This document shows positions 51,590-64,000 of a stretch of 64,000 nucleotides of DNA, in pieces; position 1 is the stretch's first letter, and each line of letters begins with the position of its first letter. The notes under the pieces are model-generated. The model saw only the letters and a list, made by a program, of their open reading frames with translations. It did not search any database and was not told where the DNA came from. Origin of the DNA: Octopus sinensis. Its lineage: Eukaryota. The stretch spans positions 7,440,001 to 7,504,000 of the forward strand of contig NC_043002.1 in assembly GCF_006345805.1 (NCBI RefSeq), in the 5' to 3' direction. The position numbers were made by a program, and so were the translations under genes.

Positions 51590-52140
51590 GTTTATATGTT
51601 TATATATATAAATATATGTTTATATGTTTATATATATATGTATGTATAAATATATATATATGTATGTAAACATATATACACACACACATACATTCACACA
51701 AGAACACGCATTCATTCACACATGCACATTCACGCATACAGAGAGTATCTTTTTTATCTTTTACATTGTGTGGCTCTTAAGGAAATCGGACATGAGGGGG
51801 CGTTATTTAAGATGTGTGACGATGGACAAAGGGTCACGAAAGGAAGTGTGGCCTCCCAAACCTCCGTACTGGAGTCATTTCCTTCGACTGGTCACTGAAG
51901 CATTGCGACCTTTGCTTACATCGGAACCCTAAAATGAATGGTATTTTTTACGAATGCCGAACGTATAGAGACGTCAATCTACAGCCAATCTACAGAAGTT
52001 AACGAGTTGGCTGGCTTTCCTTGCTTGCATTCTGCCGTCGTGGCTGTCACGGCAGTCATCGTAGTCGTGGTGGTCGTCATCAGCTCTCTCAACCACTCCT
52101 TCTCTCTCTTTTCCCCCCCGAGTGTGTATTTCTCTCCATG

Positions 52141-52188
<48 letters not shown>

Positions 52189-52280
52189 GCATTTATATAG
52201 GGAAAGAAAATGGGAGGGAGAGATCGACAGAGAGATGTTTGCACGCATTTCTACCAATGTTTTTGTGTGTGCGTAGACGT

Positions 52281-52433
52281 AGGCGTAGTTTTGTGTTAAG
52301 AAGCTTGCTTCTCAACCATATGGTCCTGGGTTCAGTCCCACTGCGTGGCAGCTTGGGCAAGTGACTTCTAACCTCGGGCTGACCAAAGCCTTGTGAGTGG
52401 ATTTAGTAGACGGAAACTGAAATACGCTCGTCG

Positions 52434-52479
<46 letters not shown>

Positions 52480-52717
52480 GTGTGTGTGTGTGTGTGTGTG
52501 TGTATCCAAGTCTTTGTGTCTATGTTTGTTCCCCTCCACTGCCTGACAACCGGCGTTGCAGTGTTTATGTACCCGTAACTAAGGAAAACAAACCGATAGA
52601 ATAAATACCACGCTTTTAAAAAATATGTCTTGGGGTCGATTTGTTCAACTGAAACCCTTCAAGGAAGTGCCCCAGCATTGCCGCAGTCAATAATGACTGA
52701 AACAAATAAAAGATAAG
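52281..52717 (+). mobile_element. Diverged SINE family B copy
   Basis: gggttcagtcccactgcgtggca, gaccaaagccttgtgagtggatt and tail motifs. Confidence 0.8.
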
Positions 52718-52784
<67 letters not shown>

Positions 52785-52786
<2 letters not shown>

Positions 52787-53830
52787 TGGATTGCCCCAAA
52801 ATGTCCGTTCGGTTTCTGCTGGCACTAAATTTCAAGCCCTCTAATTAGCTAACTTCCTTCTGATCTTTGTGCAATTAACACTCGTTAGATACTCGACACA
52901 TCAGCGCAATTTGACGCGAACTTGCGACTAGTCAGGTTGTATTTTGTGTATTTGGGAACATCTGAAAATGGAGAACCAGAACGAACATTATCGACATCTC
53001 ATGTTTTTTCATCTTAAAAATAGCAAAATGGCGGTGGTAACCTTCCGAAGGTTATGTGATGTGTACGGAGTGAGTGCTATTCCAGAATGTGTTTATTAGA
53101 AGGGGTTTTCAAGATCCAATCAGGAAATTTTGGGTTCAAGATGCACTACGCTTTGGTTGGCCAACTGAGCTTAACAGCGACACCATTCCTTGTTACACGA
53201 CCAGGATGACTGCATGTATTCCACATATTCAAATTGTGTGCTAAAAGCCATCTGCATCGACTTCGTTACGTCAGCATTTTCGATGTTTGGCTCCCACATC
53301 AACTGAATGAGGTTAATGTCACCCAACGAATTTCCTTCTACAATTTTTTGCAGAAACGTGAAGAAAACGATTCTTTTTTGATAAGAAGGAATCGTCTATA
53401 ACAATGTAAGTACTAACAATGCAAGTACTAAAAATGTAAGTCCTAACAATGTAATAATAAACTCGGAGAAGTGCGACTAGCTACTATAAACAAGCTCCAA
53501 AGCAGGACTTCACTCAAATAAGGTTATGGTTTCATTTTGGTGGAAGTGAAAGAATGTTATCTTTTACGAGCATTTTCCCACGGTCAGGACTATCAATGCA
53601 GATTTGTGCTATGGCTAACTGGACAAATTGAACGTAGGCAACTCACCAGCTTTCCAATTGTAAGGGCATTGTTTTTCATCACGACAGTGCCAGACTGTAC
53701 ACTTCTGTGCCGACGCAGCAGTTAATGAGGCTTGTTTAGCAAGTTTTACAGCACCCTTCGTATGAACCCAACCTTGCGCCTTCAGATTTCCACCTGCTTC
53801 GGTTCCTTCGAAATTCTTTGAATGGACCTT
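52785..53830 (+). mobile_element. Decayed mariner transposon (transposase pseudogene from 52968)
   Basis: TIR-like TATTGGATTGCCCCAAAA start; MENQNEHYRHLMFF...LCDVYG N-terminus; WLPHQL (WVPHEL motif); HPSYEPNLAPSDFHL (YSPDLAPSD motif); many stops and frameshifts; no right TIR seen. Confidence 0.85.
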
Positions 53831-54725
53831 CCACTCTGTCCATTAAAAGTGTCGCGTTTATATTTTACTATAATTTTATCTCGTGACTGGTGGTAGAAAA
53901 CCTTTTCCTGCAGCAATATTCGTAGGTTTAATAAGTTTTGTTTGTTGTGGTTTTGGCAAACAATAAAAGCTATCTTAACTGCGAATGCTCTATTCTATAG
54001 TACGTACTATGCGCAGATGTCTTATATAACAAGCTAGCACACGCGTGTCATCTTCTGCACTGACAAATTACTATTAAAAAATAACGATATTGCCATGGTA
54101 GGGAAAGATGACAGAATTTGGCAGGTGGTTAGGTACAAGCATGGTGTTTATGGCTGTAACTCAAACAAGGAGATTTTACTGGTTCGTTGTGGGGAATTCA
54201 AACAAGTAATGCAAATACAATGATCAAGCAAAAAAAAAAAAAATCGAACGCGAGATGGAGACACATTTAGCACCAATCGTTCAATAGTCTGCATCACGTG
54301 CAACTCTAGTGCTATAGATGTCCATTATATCCTGCTGTCGTGCAATGACGAAATCAGTTACATACAAGAAAGACACATAAAATTTTGTACTGTACACACA
54401 CACATATCCATTTTTTATATAGCAGAACCTCGGAAGTAATAATTACTCAATGAGGAGTACTCCACTAGCTACTTATCAGGCCGAAGATACCTTAGTTATA
54501 TGATGGTTACACACTTACACACACACACACACACACAGAGGAAGACAGAACGGTATATCTAACAAATCTATAAATATGTCTGCACACCTTTTCATGTGTG
54601 TACCTGTGTATCTATGCATGCTTATTTTCATCACTTTATCCCTATTTCACAGTCTTCCCATCCATGTCTCTCTTTCACCGCCACCCTTAATCTGTCCATT
54701 CAGCTATGTAATCTTCTGATATACC

Positions 54726-54957
54726 TATTTCTTTACTACTCACAAGGGGCTAGACACAGAGAGAACAAACAAGGACAGACAAACGGATTAAGTTGATTGT
54801 ATCGCCCCCAGTGCGTAACTGGTACTTATTTAATCGACCCCGAATGGATGAAAGGCAAAGTCGACTTCGGAGGAATTTGAACACAGAACATAACGGCAGA
54901 CGAAATACGGCTACGCATTTCGCCCGGCGCACTAACGTCTCTGCCAGCTCGCCGCCT
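54726..54957 (-). mobile_element. SINE family A, full length
   Basis: TSD tgatatacctat at 54717-54728 and 54958-54969. Confidence 0.9.
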
Positions 54958-55105
54958 TGATATACCTATCGTTTCTTTTATGTTGCTATCCCTCGTTCTC
55001 TTTCCATTTCTTTACATATTTCTTGTAATGATCTTTTTGTTATTATCAGTTCCTATTATCAGTTTCGATGCAAAACAAGGTAATTACACCTCAGCAGCAA
55101 TAGTG

Positions 55106-55469
55106 GTGGAGGCGCAATGGCCCAGTGGTTAGGGCAGTGGACTCGCGGTTTCGATTCCCCAGACCGGGCGTTGTGTGTGTTTATTGAGCGAAAACACCTA
55201 AAGCTCCACGAGGCTCCGTCAGGGTGGTGGTGGCGACCCCTGTTGTACTCTCTCGCTCCAACTTTCTCTCACTCTTTCTTCCTGCTTCTTGTCCCCGACT
55301 TCCTACGCAACCGCTGAGCCTGGATGCGCATTCATTCATCCGTCGATGCTCCCGGTGTCGGGGATTGACCTGCTTTCTCTTCTGCGGGTCTTACGAATAG
55401 CAAAGGACCACGTTTCGGACTTCTCCCATCTTGCGAGCTCTGGGACGAAGACCGTTCGCTCAACCGCAA
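55106..55469 (+). mobile_element. tRNA-derived SINE family C
   Basis: Homolog of 20277; TSD cagcagcaatagtg at 55092-55105 and 55470-55483. Confidence 0.9.
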
Positions 55470-56511
55470 CAGCAGCAATAGTGATTTAGCCAATGCAAAT
55501 ATACTTCCAGCAACTCTGTCAGATTCAATATTAACGTTTTACCACGTACAGTTACGTCTAATACTTGAAACACTGCATATTTCTTAGTCTCTTCAGAGAA
55601 ACTGTATATCTGGTGTGTGTTTAGAAACCCCTATCTATACATTGTAAGGGTGTCCATAAACAATCTTTACAATTTTAAATCTTCAGGAAAAAAAAAACTG
55701 AAAAATAAGGATAACTCGGCCGTGTTTTGGGGGCAAATAAAGTTTTATTAATATCATCAGAACACTTCCACGCGGGCTCTACTGGTTGCAATAAATCGTG
55801 ATAGTTGTAAAGATCATTTATAAAAACCAAGAACTTGGGCCATCCCAAGGAAATTAAACTCAAACAGCATTTCAAAAATACTTATAATACCCAGAAGAAC
55901 CCCTACATACCTGTAAGTCTGTGTTGAACCGGTTCTTTTTCGATCAGATATCGATATTAGAACAATTTCTTCTCAATCTATACGATGTTGTCTTTAACAT
56001 GAATTTCACATTACACCCATTTTTGCCACGCATGTCGCACCATTTAATGAGAATTGTGACTACAGACATTGTGACCAGATTCTGACCACAGAATTATAAT
56101 CAAACACATTAACAGTTTTTGAAATTTCAAGGTCAATATCAATGAACACTATGATACTTTTAATGACACTCTGGAAAAATTAGTACAGGAATTAGCAGTT
56201 AATATTTTCTGGTGAAAGAGTCTATTTTGTGCGATATTACATACGTCACTCCTTTTGGATCTTCTTCAAAAAATTCATCATACATTCCAGATAGAAATCT
56301 TTTGTTTATTACTTGCCTGGGTAGTCAAACTCTATGAAAAATGAATCAATACAATTCTTGTGAATGTTCAAGATTTACAGCTCAGATATTTCATAATTTG
56401 TGACTGTCTCGTACATCACGTGAGAATGTCTCTACAATAATTTGTAGTTGCTTAGTCCAAGGTAAGTTTTTTTTCCCATCTATGACCACCTGTTATTTGA
56501 ATATATATATC

Positions 56512-56718
56512 TATTTCTTTACTACCCGCAAGGGGCTAAACACAGAGAGAACAAACAAGGACAGACAAACGGATTAAGTTGATTGTATCGCCCCCAGTGC
56601 GTAACTGGTACTTATTTAAGGATGAAAGGCAAAGTTGGCATCGGAGGAATTTGAACTCAGAACGTAACGGCCGACGAAATACGGCTACGCATTTCGCCCG
56701 GCGTGCTAACGTTTCTGC
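56512..56718 (-). mobile_element. SINE family A with small internal deletion
   Basis: Matches the consensus but lacks tcgaccccgaaa. Confidence 0.85.
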
Positions 56719-58470
56719 GAGGGTTTCAGTTATTCTGTGTGCTTTGCAATAGTTTTAAGTCGATGTGTGGGGTTGGGAGTTATCCGAGGGAGATATGACT
56801 GCTGTTTCGAGGAGGTCAACCGACCGTGTAAAAACATCATTCTTGGTTTCCTTTTCCAGTGACAGAGAACAACAATGATGCTGGTAATATTATTGTTGCT
56901 GTTGCTGCTACTTTTACGGCTGCCCTTGTTTCTATCGTTTTTTTTTATAGCAGGTGATATGTATGTGCGTGCACGTGCAAATGTATGTAAGCAGGGGGAA
57001 ACAGTTAACCCTGTATAAACAGCAGTTCAGGTATAGCTGTATAGGACAGGCAGCAAATGCTGTGCACAGATGCAGAAAATAGTCGCCCTGTGGATGTGAA
57101 TGTCTCTTCAAAAATTGAAGAATAGGAGCACATCAAATGAGAAATTTACAATTCTAATATTCAGGTTACAGATTTCCGTTTGTTCCCTTTATCCTATGTG
57201 CACCGAACTTTGTGATAATAGATGTGCACGAAAACCTAAAAATCCTTGGGTTCTCCAAAAAAGAACAGATCAGAGTCATCCGAATTCGTCAAACACAATT
57301 GTTCAGAGGAACAGTAAAAATTCATAAAACATTTCAGGGATTTTCCATTTGACGTTCCTGAGTAACATATGCACACACCCACATATACGTATGGAATACC
57401 TATTCACGCATACACATATACAGTAATAAAACATACACGCTGGTATTCTATTGCCACATGCACACTCTCGAGAGCAAACAAACCACATGCACTCACCAGC
57501 GCAAACATGCACACATAAATGCATACATCTTCCTATTTAGGTAGCCACAAACCCAAGAACTCTCTTGGCTTAAAGAAAAGAGCCTTTCTCCTTTGTTAGA
57601 AACCGGCTTGAATACTGCAAAAGGAAAAAACTTAAAAATAAAACCTAAAGAAACATTCGTGTATAGAGAGGGGGACAGAGAGATATACGAGGATAAAGAC
57701 GTAGATACGTAAATAGAAACACACTGATATTAATAAGATAGAAAAGAATATAAAGCATTAGAAAAAGTAAAAGAAAAAGAAGCAGAATGACAATTGTGAA
57801 TAATAAAAAGATTTACATGTTTACACAGGCAACCAATCGCAAAGCAAACAATCAAAGAAACCTAAGTCTACACTTCACAAAGTGGGCAAGAGCTTTTGTT
57901 CAACATACTATTTACTCTAAAATCTTAACAAGCGAAGAAAGTAAACAGATAACAAACCAACTACTTGACCGGCATAACGTTCTCGTGTTTATTCTCACCA
58001 CAAAGGTCGCTGGTTTTCGTTCGGCTAAGTTACGTAAATAATATTGTATAAAATATAATACAACATGGCGGCCACTGTCAGTAGCGATAACTTAATGAAG
58101 ATTTAAAAGGGATTATGAAGTGTTTATTGAAATACTTAATGGCGTTATATATATGTATGGATTGTTACAAAGTTGTGTTTTACAGCTGCGTGTTTGTTTG
58201 CCCGTGAAAGAGTATATGTGTGTGTCCGTGTGTTTATTTTTGTGGTTGTGCTTCTATCGCTTCTCTCTCTCTCTCTCCCCCTCTCTCTCTCTCTCTCTCT
58301 ATGCGTGTGTGTGCGTGTGTATCAAATGTGTTCGTGTGTATATGTGTATCTGCTAGCATGTGGAGGTGTATGTGTGTGTGCGTGTTCCTGTGTATATGAC
58401 GGGCACGTTTTCCTTTTAGTATGACTTCTTTTATGTGGATAAGTGAGTGTGTGTGTGTGTGTGTGTGATT

Positions 58471-58499
<29 letters not shown>

Positions 58500-58509
<10 letters not shown>

Positions 58510-58630
58510 CATTTGAATTATTTTACATACGTAAATATATGCCATGGAATGTTTTCCTGATATTTTTTCCACTATTGTATGTGCATGTAGGTGTGGTAGG
58601 TGTGGTAATTGTGCCAATATATGTATGCAC

Positions 58631-58675
<45 letters not shown>

Positions 58676-58825
58676 TGTGTGTGTGAGCATTGAATTATTT
58701 TACATACGTAAATATATGCCATGGAATGTTTTCCTGATATTTTTTCCACTATTGTATGTGCATGTAGGTGTGGTAGGTGTGGTAATTGTGCCAATATATG
58801 TATGCACTTGTGTGTGTGTGTGTGT
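58500..58825. repeat. ~179-bp tandem duplication bounded by (TG)n
   Basis: gagcatt(t)gaattattttacatacg...tatgcacttg occurs at ~58507-58633 and ~58686-58810. Confidence 0.9.
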
Positions 58826-59199
58826 GGTGTGTTGTGTGTGTGTGCGTGTGTGTGTATATGTGCGATTGTTTATGTACGTGAGCTTGTTTGTTTCCTTTAT
58901 GTAAGATTGGCTTTATGTATATAAACATATGTATATAAACATATGTATATAAACATATGTATATAAACATATGTATATATATGTATATGTATACATATTG
59001 CATGTGTTCATATTGTTTATATATTATGTCGTTGTTCGGACCCGGGTGAACTGTGACGAAGCAGATCTAGGGTCTAAAAGCATTCCATTCATGACCACCA
59101 TGTCTTTGTAAGGTTATCTGTGATTACCCTATCGAATGGCTCCAAGGTGAAACTTGGTTTCTGTTACCAGCAGGATGGCGAAATGGTTTGTCTGCTGGT

Positions 59200-59780
59200 G
59201 TGTGTGTGTGTATGTGTGTGTGTGGAGTGAATCACTGTATGTCCATGTATCTGTATGTGTAGTGTGTATGTGTGTGCCGTGTGTATGCCGTGTGTGGGTG
59301 TGTTTGTATGTGTGTATCTCTATGTGTCTATGTATCCGTGTGTGTATGTGTGTATGGGGAGTGAATCACTGTATGTCTATGTATCTGTGTGTGTAGTGAG
59401 TATGTGTGTGCCGTGTGTGAGTGTGTGTGTGTGTATCTCTATGTGTCTATATATCTGTGTGTGTGTGTTGTGTGTGCGTATACTGTGTGTGTGTATGTGT
59501 GTATGGGGAGTGAATCACTGTATGTCTATGTATCTGTGTGTGTAGTCTGTATGTGTGTGCCGTGTGTATGCCATGTGTGGGTGTGTGGGTGTGTATCTCT
59601 ATGTGTCTATGTATCTCTGTGTGTGTGTGTAGTGTGTGCGTATGCTGTGTATGTGTATGTGTGTGTGGGGAGGGAATCACTGTATGTCCATGTATCTGTG
59701 TGTGTACTGTGTATGTGTGTGCCATGTGTATGCCATGTGTGTGTGTATCTCTATGTGTCTATGTATCTGTGTGTGCGTGA
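59200..59780. repeat. Degenerate TG-rich minisatellite, four units of ~135-165 bp
   Basis: Anchor gaatcactgtatgtc recurs near 59229, 59363, 59512 and 59675. Confidence 0.8.
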
Positions 59781-60247
59781 TTGTGTAATGTGTATGTATG
59801 TGTGTACCTGAGAGTTTATTGGTAAGTTTATTATATGCTTGAGAGTGTATGTGGTGCAGATTGCAAACATATATATAGAGACAACATACACATTGCAGAT
59901 AAAAGTATGAATCTATGGATGAATGTGTGTATACCTGCGTTGGTGTATGTATGAATGTGTATGTATGGGTATGTATGTGTGTGCATGTTTTAGTGTTGAG
60001 CGTTATTATTGAGTATTATTAATTTGTATGTGCAAAACACATTAGAACGAACTGTATACACATGTACGTTTATACGTATTGCATCTCAAAATAAAAATGT
60101 AGATTTAATAAACATTAAACGAAGAACCACGTTATGGCGAAACTTGTATTGAAATCAACACGTATTGAAAGAATATTCTAGCTCATAAATAAATATATAA
60201 TGCACTCTGCCATCTAATACTGAGCTCTCTTTTGCACACACTGCTCA

Positions 60248-60321
<74 letters not shown>

Positions 60322-60956
60322 ACTCACACACACACACACACACCACATATATGTATATATGGTATGTCTGAGTGTATCCATGCGTGTATGTATATGTATT
60401 AATATGCTTATATATATACAAATATATATGTATGTATATATGTATGTATGCATATATGTATGCATGTATCTATGTGTATACACATACATACATACATATA
60501 TACAAACATATAATATATATTTATATATATATATATATATAATATATATATTATATAATATATACATATGTGTATATGTAAATAATATAGATATATGCAT
60601 ACATGTATGAATGTATGAATTGTTAAGTAGATGATTATTTATCCTCACCATGAGTGTAATATTAATTGCTAAATTCCTTGGCTCACTACAATATGTTGTG
60701 TTAGCAATAGTTTTCTTACAGAGTGTGTCTTTGGATATTTTTCAGTTCCTTTGATTTCTTCTCTTTTGGCACAGCGAGTCACTGCGTAATGTACGTGTGA
60801 TGTGTTTTGTGTAGGTTTATAAATACACAATATGGCTACTTCAGTGCGGGGAACAATAGAACGAGCACCAGATAACACCCGGTATTAAAGTGACGCGCTA
60901 TCTAAAGTTATAGATAAATCCACATACACACGCGAGTGGATTCTGTGTGTGCGTGT

Positions 60957-61007
<51 letters not shown>

Positions 61008-62085
61008 GCGTATACATACGTATACTACATACATGTATGTATACGTGAGTGTACGCGTGGCTTCTTGGTTATAGAGAGGCAGCCGTATAAATAAATAGAT
61101 AGTGAGCGAGTGAGTGGGTGAGTTCGAGAAAAAATTTTATACAAATTACAGAAATACGATAGAATTTTGTGCATGTTTGCAAGCACAGTGCACGTGCTGT
61201 CGCTGCAAATGATTGCATATACTGAATAGAACAAATATTTAAACTGATGCATCGTTTATTTGTTTTCCCACATATACAGTTTTCTATCTTATTTTTTAAC
61301 CCTGCTGAATTTTAGGCTACGGTGTTGCTTATAATACGGGTGACTGGGCGTTAAAGAGTTTACCGAACAAATTGAATGCTGTATATACAAGTATATATAT
61401 TGCGTGTATGTGCTTTTGCAAATATGATATATCACCGAATCCATGTAGATATACGTTTATATGCATGTATCTATAAATATATATATGCACTGACATATAT
61501 GGACACACACACACGCGCGCGCGGATAATTCTATCCTTTAATAAACTGATGCGTCATTTGATGATACGAAAGCGACTCAACATTAGATTGATTAACAAAT
61601 TTCTTCACTCCCTTGTTCAAATAAACTTGGATATACACACGCACACATGCGCCCCTATGCGTATATATGCGCACACAAGCGTACACCTACGCACAAGACT
61701 TACACAAGACATACAAACTATGTTTGTATGTTCACTTATATAAAAACATAAGCGTAAAACATTCTTCACTTTCATACAAAGAAGTAATTGAATACACCAA
61801 ATATGGCGCATATATTTATATGGTTTATATGCTGTTTCCCGATATAATTCTCACATATTGCACACTACACATACACAATATACATCAAAATATATGCATA
61901 AAATGTTAGCAATTAGTCACTTTGTCTGTCTCTCTGCCTCTCTCTTCCACTCTCCCCTCTCTCTCCCTCATTCTATCACTGCACGGATATTTTGGCCATC
62001 TGAATGTTAACATTAATTTATCTATCTGTTCTCCGATCTATCTATCGCCCTCTCTCCTCTCTCTCTCATTCTCTCTCAAACACTT

Positions 62086-62161
<76 letters not shown>

Positions 62162-62421
62162 ACAATTGCACACAAAATTAAATTTAAATGTTGAAGTGAA
62201 TCTAACGGTTTTTGTGTGTTTCTTAAATGGCTTATAAACACCTTCCACGCTGCAATTGTTTTCGTTCCAGTACACGATCTCAGATCAAGTAACTCGCTAT
62301 GCAAGTACATCTCCGTAAATATATATATATATATATATATATGTATGAAATGTATGTATGTATGTATGTATGTATGTATGTATGTATGTATGTATGTATG
62401 TATGTTTGTATGTATGTATCC

Positions 62422-62631
62422 TTTTATTCTTTTACTTTGTTTCCGTCCTTTGACTGCGGCCATGCTAAAGCTCCGCTTTTTATCGAACAAATCGACCTTA
62501 GGATATATTATTTGTAAGCCTAGACTTATACTATCGCTCTCTTTTGCCGAACCGCCAAGTTACGGTGACGTAAACTCACCGACATCGGTGTCAAGCTAAG
62601 ATAGGGGGACAAACACAGACACGCAAACACG

Positions 62632-62632
<1 letters not shown>
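62422..62632 (-). mobile_element. SINE family B 3' half
   Basis: ttttacttt, tttgactgcggccatgct, ctcttttgccgaaccgc and gggggacaaacacagac motifs. Confidence 0.8.
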
Positions 62633-62671
<39 letters not shown>

Positions 62672-62814
62672 ATATATATGTATATGTATATACATACATA
62701 TTTATATATATGTAGAGAGAGAGAGAGGGGGAGGAGAGAGATGTATGTATACACATATATCCATATTTATTTGATTATAGAAAGAATTAGGAAAAATGGT
62801 ATGATATATATTCA

Positions 62815-63460
62815 TGCATGCATGCATACATACATACGTACATGCATAGACACACAGACACACATGCATAAACATACACACACACATTCACACACACGCA
62901 CGCACACATACACACATACACACATACATACACACATACATACATACATACATACATACATAGATACAAACATACATACATACATACATACATACATACA
63001 TACATACATACATACGTACATACATACGTACATACGTACATACATACATACATACATACATACGTACGTACATACATACATACATACATACATACATACA
63101 TACACACATAATATACATAATAAATACATATAACATACATACATACACACACATACATAAATACGTACATACATACATACATACATACATACATACATAC
63201 ATACGTACATACATACGTACATACGTAATACATACATACATACTACATACATACGTACGTACATACATACATACATACAACTACATACATACACACACAT
63301 ACATACATACATAAATACATACATACATACATACATACGTACATACATACTACATACGTACATACATACATACATACATAATACATACATACATACATAC
63401 ATACATACATACATACATACATACATACACATCATACATACATACACAGACATACATACA
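62815..63460. repeat. Long degenerate (TACA)n field
   Basis: Direct reading. Confidence 0.9.
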
Positions 63461-64000
63461 TAGGTGCAGCCTTACAACACCCAAACACACAAAAGAGCCA
63501 AAAACGATATTGTTGAAGAGTGGTTTTGAAGGAGGGTTTGGGTGACCAGGTCAAGAAATGCCTATAACAGTCCGAACAAAATAGATGTTGCCCTTTGACG
63601 GACAAGAATAGACGCCATGTGGCGCTGATGACAGTCCGAAAAAAGTATCCGGGTGCGGTTATACTTTCTCTTAACTCCTAACTATCTAACCCCTATCTCC
63701 AGATTTAGATCGTTTGGGGGTGAGGGGGGGGGAGAATTTTCGTGGTTCATTTTTACTGCGGGTTCTGTTTCGACTTTCTGCTGCACTAAAACACGCCATT
63801 TCGATTCAAAGTGTTTATGAGTTACGTGTCTTTATTGTCTTGTATGCGTGTGTATTTATGTGCATGTGTGTGTATGTCGACGTAATGTGTTCGAATGAAT
63901 TGTTAATAGGCGGGAGTACGCATAAAGCTGTGTTAACACACACACATACACTGACATACACTTACACATGCACATACATGCAAACATATAGACGCATAGA

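Noticed and set aside
371-63453. Hundreds of short ORFs (poly-Y/I, MYVC, HTYI, ERER and similar)
   Set aside because: They are translations of microsatellites or SINEs with no domain content or exon structure.
63668-63697. taactcctaactatctaacccta-like telomere-type repeats
   Set aside because: Only three or four degenerate units; insufficient for an interstitial telomere call.

Overview
AT-rich eukaryotic non-coding DNA dominated by microsatellites ((TA)n, (CA)n, (TACA)n, (TAA)n, (GATA)n) and interspersed repeats. The SINE types and microsatellite load suggest an octopus or other coleoid cephalopod genome; this is an inference. I found no convincing host gene exon, and nearly all listed ORFs are microsatellite or SINE translations. 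Recognisable content: at least four tRNA-derived SINE families in many copies; decayed non-LTR retrotransposons (RTE, R4/Dong-like with a restriction-like endonuclease, CR1/L2-like); a decayed mariner; Helitron/Helentron-like non-autonomous elements; and several near-identical tandem duplications. The main unexpected signal is a set of type I hammerhead ribozyme (HHR) motifs in short elements embedded in microsatellites, the architecture known for Penelope-like element (PLE) pseudo-LTRs and retrozymes. These are a clean minimal HHR at 380-425(-), a mirrored HHR pair in a 353-bp near-perfect inverted repeat (11235-12039), two copies sharing a non-canonical CUGUAGA core (7161-7202(-), 50570-50611(+)), and several decayed ones, two lying just 3' of PLE GIY-YIG-like remnants. 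A second observation is an apparent GGTAT/TATAT target preference of the commonest SINE. The SINE carries this motif internally, which could explain its head-to-tail multimers. All folds and alignments were done by eye, and boundaries of diverged repeats are approximate.
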